Shown one piece after another: positions 42,260 to 52,750 of a DNA stretch of 64,000 nucleotides (its first letter is position 1; the number at the start of each line of letters is the position of its first letter). The translations under genes and the position numbers were made by a program. Source of the stretch: Camelus dromedarius (lineage: Eukaryota). The DNA lies in the NCBI RefSeq assembly GCF_036321535.1, contig NC_087436.1:16368001-16432000 (forward strand), in the 5' to 3' direction. The notes beneath the pieces were generated by a model, which was given only the letters and a program-made list of their open reading frames with translations, was not told where the DNA came from and made no database searches.

Positions 42260-42540
42260 ATAATGGCAGCTCATGTTATAGAGCGTCTTCTAGGTTCTAA
42301 CTACTGTTTTAATCACTTCACATGTACTGACTCACTGAACCCCTCGACAACCTTAGGATGTAGGTTCTGTATTTAGGTTGAACCATATGAAATTGCCATT
42401 TTTATAGGTTAAAATGTCAGGTATGGTGGGTTCATGTGGTTTAACTTAACCCATTTTATAGATAAGGAAACTGAAACACCAAGACGACATAACTTGCCCA
42501 AGGTCACACCGGCAGTTAGTGGCAGAACTGGGATTTGAGG
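42260..42540 (-). mobile_element. MIR SINE interrupted by MADE2
   Basis: aataatggcagctcatg...ccattttatagataaggaaactga...aacttgcccaaggtcacac..agtggcagaactgggatttga. Confidence 0.8.
42370..42449. mobile_element. MADE2 (mariner-derived MITE, about 80 bp)
   Basis: Terminal inverted repeats ttaggttgaaccatatgaa / ttcatgtggtttaacttaa; matches the MADE2 consensus as I recall it. Confidence 0.8.
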
Positions 42541-43984
42541 AGTGACCAAAGACGGTTAGTTTCCTAAATCTCTTTCACTGACAGCTTGGTTTTAATGTTT
42601 CTATGATCCCAGATTCTCAGAGACATAGAGATGGTAATCGGCAAAGACAATTCAGTAAAAGAGTGAGTTATATGGCTTCCGCTCTTTAGCTACATTAATT
42701 TCTTGTACATACTCAATTATAATTTTTAGTGCTGGTATTGTACTTAGATATTTTATCAGAATTAATGATCTTCCAAACATCCTTGAAAAGTTGGTATTTA
42801 CTAACAGGGGAAATGCTGACATTATAAATTTAAAACTGTTCTAATGAAATCACTGGAATGGATCCCATTTTTATTTTCAGCCCCTCAAGGACAGTGAGAA
42901 AGAGTTCTTAAAATCGCATGCTGTTAAGCAGAGCTCTGATGCCAACCAAGCAGTAGTTTAAATGCTTATGAGTCTATAAAAGGCAGATACTGACCAGGGT
43001 GAATGGCTGAGTCATTTGAGGAAAATAATTTGGAGAAGGGCCCAGAATTTAACTATGAGAATTACAAAGCTGAAAAGATCATTTATTCCACACCCTTCAT
43101 TTTGGGGTTTATGATTTCCCTAAAGTTTCACAGCTGGCCAGTGGCAGCTCCTGGTTCCTAATACCCTTCCTTCCTCTCTACCTAAAGCCCTTCTACCTTT
43201 CACAGGGAAACAGCCTACAGAATCTCTTTTCAGTTACAAAATAAGTATGCCTGATTCTTAGAACCATTTTGAGAATTAAACTATTCTTAGTATGGATTGA
43301 TTTTTGTTACTGATTTGCTTCTCAGAGTTTTTTTTAAGTGGAAACCATGGAGATATTAAATATTAATAAAACTTTCAAAAAAAACCTCAGTCAGACCTTT
43401 AAGAAAACATTTCAGCCAAATGCATTTAACTAAAACATTTATCTGCAGATAGCTTTCTTTATTTTTATTCAAACTTTCAATTGATTGATTTGAAGTGATG
43501 GATGAAACATTAAATGTTCCTTGACTTAGAGCTTTCCCTTTCTCCATCATAAATTGGCGTTTTTGTGGCTCCTTTGTGCTGCAGCATTCAAAACTGCCTT
43601 TTTAAGAAGTAACAAAAAAATAGTATTTGCTACAGTCAGCAGATGGTTGTCACATTTTGTTTTCAGCGCGCTTTACCACTTAATTTTGTTTTGTTGCGGC
43701 ATCAGAGGTTGCCAGTCAAGCATCTGCTATAGCTTATGGCCCAGGACTGCAACCACTGCTGATGGCACATGTTCAGAACAGCACTAATCTAAAATAAATG
43801 TTTAATAAGCTAGCCACAAAAGCTGGATTTTTTTTTTCTTTCAATTTCACAAAACCATACAAGACAGAGTTTGGAGGTTGGAAACAATTCTATATGAGAT
43901 TTGACTTAGGCATTTTAATGTAGCTTAGTATATGAGGAATAATGCTTGCTTTTTTTTTTTCTTTTTATCTTTTGTGAATTCCAG

Positions 43985-44047
43985 CTCATCAAGGTGCTGT
44001 ACCAGACCAGCCATACCAGCTGCCAGTGGAAATCGATCCTCTCATAG
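43985..44047 (+). CDS. LRBA: LRBA exon D, 63 bp, phase 1-1 (absent from the ORF track)
   Basis: Poly-T tract then ttccag|CT, donor ATAG|gtctgt. Encodes (A)HQGAVPDQPYQLPVEIDPLI, bridging NKWHNLP of exon C to ASNTG of exon E with matching phases. Confidence 0.94.
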   Translation, partial: LIKVLYQTSHTSCQWKSILS

Positions 44048-44099
44048 GTCTGTCACTTCCTTCTCTCTTTGCGATTCATTAAGCTCTGTATGGTGGCCC

Positions 44100-44760
44100 T
44101 GAAGTGTAGATTACAGTTGTTTTTCACTTGCTGGTTGCTGGGAATGGAATTTTCCTGATAAACCATTTGCATGCAAATTGGAATGCAATGAGCTGTGGCT
44201 ATGCTGGTATTTCATCAACTCCCCCTCGTTGGTTTGCCTAATTTGAACAGGCCTAGGACGCGTGTCACTGAAAATTAATATGGATGCTGTAATAATGTGT
44301 GATTGAGAATGCGCATGAAGTACTGTCAGGATAATATTGGATCTTTTCATCACTCAGACTTGTTGATGAGCAGGAGCGAGGCACGTTATGATGGATTGGT
44401 GCACCAGTAATGCGATGGAGCGCCTTTGCTAGGGAAATTTTCATAATAACAGTGGGGTTCTTAGCAGCACTGTGTTGTGAGAAATAAAACTGTAGTGCCA
44501 GGGTTTCATCATTAAAGGAGATCAATCCTTTCTTCCTGGACCCTCCGTTCAGTCTGAGGGGATTAATGTGCAATTGCAGAGCAGTTTCAAAGTTGAAATA
44601 TATTGCCCAGCCAATGGCAGTGTTAAGATATTTGTATTCATTTTCCTGGGGTCCTACAGCCCAATAAATTGCCATTGGAGGTTAAATTTGTTCAGGGAGG
44701 GGAAAAAAAAACACAAAAGGAGACCAGAAAGAGCCATTGGGATGAAATGAGCATCTGCAG
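44100..44760. promoter_or_regulatory. Candidate conserved enhancer-like element / alternative 3' UTR downstream of exon D
   Basis: Repeat-free and CpG-retaining, with octamer, Pbx-Hox, Meis and CARE-like motifs and two AATAAA hexamers. Conservation not tested. Confidence 0.55.
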
Positions 44761-45531
44761 CAGAAAACTTAGATTTAAGTGCTGTTGAGCTCTTCCAGTA
44801 GGTTAGTTGAAATCTCTAGTTTAGCATTTTTCATCCTATAGTGAGGATTTCAAATGTGGCTCCACTAAGAATGTTAAGCCTTCGTACTGAAGATGCTATT
44901 CAGTAACTTTTAGAATAAAAAACTCAACTGCCTAGCTGTAGAGATATGCCAGTGGCATGGATGTCTGGCTTACAATTTTGTCAAATCTTCCTGGCACAAA
45001 TAAATCTGTTAGTATTTTTAAGTTTTTAGATAAAGCTTATGAATAAGCTAATTTAGTATTTTAAAATTCAAGGTATTCAAAAAAAAAAAAAAAACTGAAG
45101 GTGTTCCCTATGTGCATGTCACCTTTTTTGTCTCTAACACCATTATTTCAATAGTGAGCTAAATGGTCACCATTTGCAGAAGATTTATCAAGATGAGCTA
45201 AATATGAGCTCAGAACTAAGTCATTTATCATTTCCCCAAGTATAAGCAGAGATCTAAGCAGTAACTATCTCTGTGAAAGATAATTAGCACCCTGGTTCCT
45301 AAATCTTGTTTTGCATTGAACAGATATGATTTACTATATATTTTTAAAAAATTAAATTCCCCCTTTGATAAAGTTTTAAGAGTCAGGAAAATAATAAAAA
45401 ACTCTTTTGCTAAGCCACTTAAAGCATGATTTCTGAAATATAGAATCATCATTTGTCTTAAAACTTGACAATGACTATCCTACAGTATAAAATCTTAATT
45501 AAATGAATTCAGAAATTGTAACCCTTTCAAC

Positions 45532-45752
45532 CAGGTATGGGTGAACTTTTTTGGTAAAAGGCCAGATAGTCAATGTTTTAGGCTTTGCGGGCCATAAGAT
45601 CTCAGACACAACTACTTAACTCTGCTGTTGTAGCACAAAAGCAGCCACAGGCATTATGTAAACAAGTGAGCGTCGCTGCACCCCAATAAAACTTTATGTA
45701 CAAAGCCAGGCACAAGCCAGATCTGTCCTGCGGGCCATGGTTTTCTTCCATG
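45532..45752. mobile_element. MER58A-like hAT-Charlie MITE
   Basis: gtaaaaggccagatagt..atgttttaggctttgcgggccata...caactacttaactctgctgttgtagcacaaaagcagccacag...ccaataaaactttat. Confidence 0.85.
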
Positions 45753-47156
45753 CTCTAGATCATTGGTCATCAGACTGTTTGCTCCTGCATCCCCTAAAAT
45801 AATTGTTTCAGACCATGTACCTTCTCACATTTGTCAAGTTGACATTTGGAAGTTTAAATGTGACATCATCACAAGTGTAAATAGTTGCAGAGGTTATAAT
45901 TTCTGGCATCGTGTACAAAATTTTAAATACACATCCAGTAGGATCTAAATTTGAAGTGAATTGTTACTTCGCATTTTCTGTTTTTAAAAAATGCCTTAAA
46001 AAGCTTCTTAACATTTGAAATTTTATTTGTTCCTTTCTCATCTTGAATTTAGATTTTCATTCTCCCCTCCTTACTCAATTTTAACTTTAGAAAATTGATT
46101 ACCCTATTATACTGTTTTCAACAATAAAAATATGTATGTTTATTTAAATGTTGAAGTTTCTTGTGACCCTAAGGCTCAGCTCTTAAAAAATTGATCTGCA
46201 TTGAGTTATTACAAATATTATTAAAACACTTATTAAACTTATAAATTATAAATTTTAATAAGCAGTATTAAAAACCAAATTTATTAGAAATAGGAACTAT
46301 AGCTTTAATGAAGTGGATGGGGCACCCCCCCTGAATTAGCTCACATATATATGGATATATATTATTTGTTCCTGAATGAGAGAGAATTTGTCAACAGTTC
46401 TATCCTAATTTTTTGTTTTTTTATAAATGGAAGCTCTGAGAAATGTTACTTACATAAGAAAACAGATGGGGAAAGAGTTTTGTTTTAACAATGTCATTTA
46501 GATCTTTGAACTCTTTCTGAGTTATGTGACAAAATTCAGAGTGATCTATTATTAAGAATTATTTTTATAGGCTGTCATTAAAAGATCATTTTAACAATCT
46601 ATCACTGAACTTACTTTTAATGATCTATCAATTGACAACATGATTAGATCCTCCTTCCATTTTATTGAAAGCAATGAATTGGAAACCACCTGCCCTGAAA
46701 AACGTTTTGATACCTAGGCATTCCCTTTCTAGCATCCCATCAGTACCTTGAATTGTCCCTTTATTTGGCTCTCAAGAGATTTTTATACCCTGAGGTAAAG
46801 CCCCATAGTTAGATTCTGTCTAGTGGAGCAAAAGCGTGCAGAGGGGGAGGTGAGAAAGAAAAACTCACAGGAGAGTTCTCAGGCAAATCTGTTTCAGGCA
46901 AGAGAACATATGAAAGTTGAGGAACTAGAAATTGATTCCCTTCAAACCATCTGTGCCTGTGTATCCCATGGGAAATCTTATATCCACCCCTCTACGGGTG
47001 TGCATGCCCCAGTTTGGAGACTGCTTATCTAGACAAATATACCTAATTTTCATCAAATGAAAATACTTTCAGTACTGAATCTCAGGAGGTTTACTAGAGA
47101 AAACAGTGAGATAAGGAAAGGCCGTTGTGAGATACATAGGTTATATAGATTAGGTG

Positions 47157-47184
47157 GGATGGATGGATGGATGGATGGATGGAT
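47157..47184. repeat. (GGAT)7 tetranucleotide microsatellite
   Basis: Read directly. Confidence 0.95.
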
Positions 47185-49067
47185 GGGGGGGTTGCAATAT
47201 TAAATTATAACTAAGCACTTGTTTGGAAAATAGTTCATCTGAACACTGAAGGGGCATGAGCCTTTACCCACGGGTACTTTGTGGTCATTCCGTTCAAAAT
47301 GTTGCCCATGCCCAGATCTGTCAAATTAGGTCCTCCCAAGAGATCATGCCAAGAAAGACCAGTGAAAGTTTATACCACAGAAGCGAAAGTCATATAAACA
47401 TTGACAAAATAAACATTTTTATAATTTTCATGTGGAATGAAGCACTGTAGTCACCAGTCTAGGAAATACTACATAACTCGGTTTTAATTGCTAGGTTTCT
47501 TGGAATTAAAAAAGCTAAATTGTGTAACACAGCTTCCCTGCAGTGAGATGGCTGCTGTCTCTCTGTGATACACTGTGATACCCATAAAAGCTTTTTTCAT
47601 CTGCCAACAACTTCCCGTTGTGAGGAAGGAGGGGGAAAGGGGTCCCCAATCAGATTCCTACCCTTTTTACTACTGATTTCACTTTCTAGCCCATGAATCT
47701 CCTCAAAGTACATGAAGCCTCTGGTCTAATAATCTTATATGGTTAAGTTGTATAATCAGACAGTAGCGGAATTTTGCAGTATTTCACATGTATATAATAT
47801 ATAGTATATGTTTGCTGTGCTGTATATGCCGTGAGGCCAGGGGATATTTTATTCTCTGTACTCCAGCACAGCACTGGACAGTATTTCAAACACTTTTTTC
47901 TTCTGTATTACTTTCTGAGCCTTCTACTGAATTGGCCACATTAACTTAATTATTACATAACAATGAATATAAGAGAGATCTTTTTCTATTTTACATGTTT
48001 ATCAACAATGCATCTATATTATTTTTTCCCTAAAAAGTGAAGACTATGGTACAAAAAGCATAATAATCAGATGCAGAAATTAATTTTGTTTGTTCTGATT
48101 TCTGTTGGCATCAAGTTTCTTTAGCCATGTAAGAACCATTATTTGTATTGGAAAGTTGGTGGTGAAATAACTCTCAGATCACTAGACATAAAGCTTTCTC
48201 TTTGGTTGGCTTCAGAATGCCAAAAACAAGCATCTCAGTGAAAATTCCTTTGCTGATAAAGACATACTTGATAGTGTATTTCTCGAGGATTTTTACTCTT
48301 CATATGTGCACGATGTTGCTCTGTGTCTGACCTCGTGCCTTGTGACAAACCCCATCTCAGGTGCTCTGTAGCACTTTGAAAACACACTGCCAGACTGTCT
48401 TGTTTTATTGCTTACAGAAGTAGGAAGAAAGTGGCAGTGTGCTGTGCTTTGACTTTTTCAATTACAAATATCTTTAATAAATTGTCATTCTACCCTTTTG
48501 CTTACATGCAAGTGCAGCTGTAAACGGGGGAAACAGGAGTTCACATCTAGTTAAAGACCTGTTAAAGTCAACGTAGTCCAAGATGCTACAATTTTTCAAA
48601 TGTATGACATTTAAATTCTACTATCTCTTCCTTGTGACAAAAAGTTAAAGGTAATAGATTGTCACAACATGAATCCATTCTCATGACAACAGATATAATG
48701 AGATTGTCAGAAACACAAACCTAACTGTGATGCAGTCTGGAGATTCTAATCTAGTTTGGTCCTGCCCAAGAGCTAGATGGCATGTTCTGAGAATTGTGTA
48801 CCACGGATTTTAAAATCATAGGATATTATTGTTTCTTTCCTTGAGGCAAGGTTTCCCACTGAGCTGCTGAGTTTGGCTACTCACATTCTTCCAACAACAG
48901 GATGTGTTTTCCTCCTTGGGTTTTATATTTAAAATTAAAGAGCAAATATTATTCTGGATTATGTTGTCTCTCCTCCCTCATCCCCAACCCCTAGTGTGAA
49001 AAACTGTAGGATTTCTTTGCATGTGTGGGTTTAGTAGGCTTTTTTGTCCCTTCCTCTGTTCTCACAG

Positions 49068-49223
49068 CCAGCAACACAGGAATGCATAGGAGGCAAATCA
49101 CCGACCTTTTAGACCAAAGCATTCAAGTCCATTCCCAGTGCTTTGTCATCACTTCGGACAACCGCTACATTCTCATCTGCGGCTTCTGGGATAAGAGTTT
49201 CCGCGTCTATTCTACAGACACAG
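49068..49223 (+). CDS. LRBA: LRBA exon E (WD40 region), 156 bp, phase 1-1
   Basis: Acceptor ttctcacag|CC, donor CAG|gtaacc. Encodes (A)SNTGMHRRQITDLLDQSIQVHSQCFVITSDNRYILICGFWDKSFRVYSTDT. Confidence 0.96.
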
Positions 49224-50796
49224 GTAACCCTGTCATTTCTTCATCAGTGAACTAAAGTTTATGACAGGTAGCGTGGACAGACTTAGACTGCTTACTCCTC
49301 TTCTTCCTGCCAAAAGTTACAGAATTCTAAAATTTTGTAAAATAAAGACAGTTTTCCCCCCTTCAAGTAATAATCTACTCGACAGTCCATTCATAAATTA
49401 ACTTGAGAATGTTTTTAAGGCAGTTTTGTGTAGGTTTGTCTCCCAAGCGTCATACTTAACAGAATGAATGATTCATTTTGAAAATGTATCCTGGTATGTA
49501 AATACCATATGCATAATCTTACAGCAAGTGCACGTACGGAGTGTAGGTGTATTTCCCCACGTTAGTATTATTAAAAGATCTTTTTCTTACTGGAAATTCT
49601 CATTAAGTGTATTTCTTGGGAGTGCATATCTTGCTTCCACCCAATTCTGCGCAGAATCTTGCTGAAAGCTATACCATCATGAAGGAAAGTAGCTGACTAC
49701 TGATTTTATGGGTGATGGGAGCTCGTTAAAAAATTTAAGTCTACATATTCACTTGCACACATCTCCGTAAGGAACAAACCAAACTCGAATCAGTATTATT
49801 ACAGGATATCCAGTTCAGTAAATGCTTATGAAAATTTTTGCATATAAGAAATTGAAAACGAAAAATTTAATGGAGTCTTTTTGAAGTATTTTAGAAACTG
49901 TTAGAGGATGCTATAAACTTACAATAAATATGTAGTTGTATATTTAAAATAATTAAAATTAGATATTAATGCATTAGAACTGGATAGATACTATGGAAGT
50001 AGACTAAAGCAAAAATCTACAAATATCTTGATTAAATGTGGGAATAGGAAATTTATAAAAATTGACACTTCTAATTATATGTTTTACAGCAACTCATCCT
50101 TCAGTCATAATAATAATCTCTATAAAATATGTGAATGAGTCCATGCTCCTGCCTTAATAACTATAGTATATTGAAAAATTAGTTCTCAGTTACTCAAGGA
50201 GTTTGCGTTAGGCGTATTTTGATGATAGTGTTACAACCTGGCAATCAGAAAGTAGGGAAAAATAGTTGTTTTTACGCATGGTCTTGTTTAATTTTTATTT
50301 TATGGAATTGATGATCTAATTTTCTTATAATCTGCATTTTTATTCTGTAGGTAGGTCCAGAAAGAAAACATCAGTTTTCAAGTCTTTCTCATTCCTTGGG
50401 CTTTTTCTAGATGTCTAGGTCTATGAGATTGATTACTCCTGAATGTAAAACTCCTCTAGAATTCTTTAAACATACCATAGGGATTGCTGAGTTTTCCTAA
50501 AATACATTTATTATTGTAATGAATTTTCTCTGATTTAATAATCCAGTTTAAAATTGAACCTTCTCTTACACCATTATGGTAGAGACAACCTTAGCATTAT
50601 TTGACCTCAAATTGTGCTCCCTTCTTGCACAAACTTTCACACTTAGATTATTACATCCTCTCACAAGGTTTTCTTAAACATTCTTTTAGATTACCTACTG
50701 TTTTTTATACATTAAAATTATTTTAACAATTTAATAAGTGCTGCCCGTTTGTACTCAGCTTCTCCCTCACCTCAGCCTCTTCACAACCACTGGTAT

Positions 50797-50930
50797 GTTG
50801 TTTCTTTGTTTTGCTCTGGGGTAGGTAATTCGGTTTATTTATCATTTATTTTAATGGAGGTACTGGGGATTGAACCCAGGACCTCGTGCATGCTAAGCAC
50901 ACACTCTAGCACTGAGCTGTGCCCTCCCCC
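50797..50930 (-). mobile_element. tRNA-Ala-derived SINE (camelid Vic-1 type), copy 2, nested in an old L1M 3' UTR fragment (about 50750-51020)
   Basis: Reverse complement reads GGGGAGGGCACAGCTCAGTGCTAGAG..CTTAGCATGCACGAGGTCCTGGGTTCAATCCCCAGTACCTCCATTAAAATAAA. The flanks join as L1M caaccactg|..ctataattttgcctttcccagaatgtcata. Confidence 0.87.
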
Positions 50931-51199
50931 TGCTACATTCTTCATCTCTATAATTTTGCCTTTCCCAGAATGTCATAAAAAGAGATCAGATATTATGTCA
51001 GTCTTTGGTTTGACATTTGAGGCTTTTTGAGTTTGTTGACATTTCATATCATTTTAAAAGACATTGAATGTGAATATTTGTAAAGTAAAGCTAACCTCGC
51101 TTTTATATAATACGAATAATTAAGATAATTCTGATAGTCACACATTCTGTAGAATTTACAGAATTCCTTCTTTCGCTGACACGATATCATGTTGGCCTC

Positions 51200-51345
51200 A
51201 CCTGTGAGATGGACAGAACAGGTGTCCTTAGCCCCGTTTTTCAGATGATGAAACTGAGGTTTAGGAAGGTTAAGTAACTTGCTGAAATTTGTATAGATAA
51301 TGGTACTAGAACTGAGCATTGGAGCTAGATCCTCTGACTTCAGAT
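51200..51345 (-). mobile_element. MIR SINE
   Basis: ccccgttttcagatgatgaaactgaggtttaggaaggttaagtaacttgc-like MIR core. Confidence 0.8.
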
Positions 51346-52589
51346 GTGATGTTTTTGTGATTATACCATGTCATCTCACACAGGTGTTAGCTGTTTAAAA
51401 ACTAGGCTTCTAGTATATCTGCCATTTTACTTTAGACCTAATAAACTAGATGACTTTCCTTCCACTCTTCTCAAAAGCCCTCTACTTTACTGTGTTTTAA
51501 AATGTGCACATGCACTTGTGTGTGTGTGTGTGAAACATTTTCATAAGCAGCAGCCTCATTTTAAACTTCATTTCAGCAGGACTGACTTAGCATGTACACT
51601 AAAAACATTTATACTTGCCAGAAAAGTTGTGGAAAAAAAATCTCAAATGCTAGTCCTAGTATCTTTCTTAATATCTCATATACAAACTCGGATGCTAGTT
51701 TTATTTAAAATTATTTGTTAAGGTAAATATGTTTGAGTTATAATAATAGGAGTAGTCAATATTTTCTCCTAAGTTTGGCAGAAAAGCAGGGAAAAATTGT
51801 ATGATCAATAATATATAATGCCAAAGCTATCACAAGTGTTGAATTCAATTATATTTTGGCACATAAGCCAAAAAAAAAATCCTTCTCTTATTAGATTTGG
51901 CGGGGCGGGGAGGTGGGAGTAGGGAGAAACACGGTTGTAACAGGAAATTCTTTAAACATAAATCATGTTTTAGGGACACAACCAGAACAGCAGAGGCAAC
52001 AATAAAACCTTCCCTCGGCAGTGGGAATTATTTTCAGGCCACATTTTAGATTCAATGGTGCAGAGTCCTGAGCTTGAATTTTTTTTTTATTTGTAGCACA
52101 GCTGTCAAATAAAACATTAACTAGAAAATTTGTTCTGTCAAAAAAAGGATATTCTAGTGCTTGCAGTAATATTTGATATTAGTGTGTGGAGAGGTGGACC
52201 GGTATTAAAGGAAACAAAAAATAAAGGTGGAGGAACACTTATGAGATTATCAGAAAATAATTTACCAAAAAGAGCAGCAAGTATTTATACACCGTGATTT
52301 ATTTAGGAGGAGTGAACCTCGGCCTCATAGCAATAACAAATATTGCAGAGGAAGGCTGCCAGAGGAGGAAAAAGTAAACTTAAAAAAAAATAATGTTTTC
52401 CAGAGTTGAGCCCAAAGTATAAATTGTAGAGGGCGAAGTTAATTTGTATTAAAATATGAAACTCTTTAGATATAAATATTTAAATGTCACCCCCTCATTT
52501 CGATCTTCCCTGATGCCCAGTCTGAGTTTGTTTTCTCTCATTCTCACTGATCCTGTCTTGTCCTTTCTTCTGCAATACTTACCACTGTT

Positions 52590-52750
52590 CATAATTATAT
52601 ATCTGTGTGTGTCTATTCAGAGTGTGTCTGTCCTGCTACGGTAACTATATACTATGAGAGCAGGAGCCATGTCTGTTACCACTATGTACACGTAAGGCGG
52701 TTGAATGCTCAGCACTTAGTAGGTGTTCGGTAAATGTGTGTTGAATGAAA
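52590..52750 (+). mobile_element. L2 3' terminus
   Basis: ctatgagagcaggagccatgtctg...gcacttagtaggtgttcggtaaatgtgtgttgaatgaa. Confidence 0.7.

Noticed and set aside
44265..44675. 136-aa antisense ORF inside the CNE-like block
   Set aside because: No recognisable domain or splice context; length is compatible with chance. It would need PhyloCSF or ribosome-profiling support.
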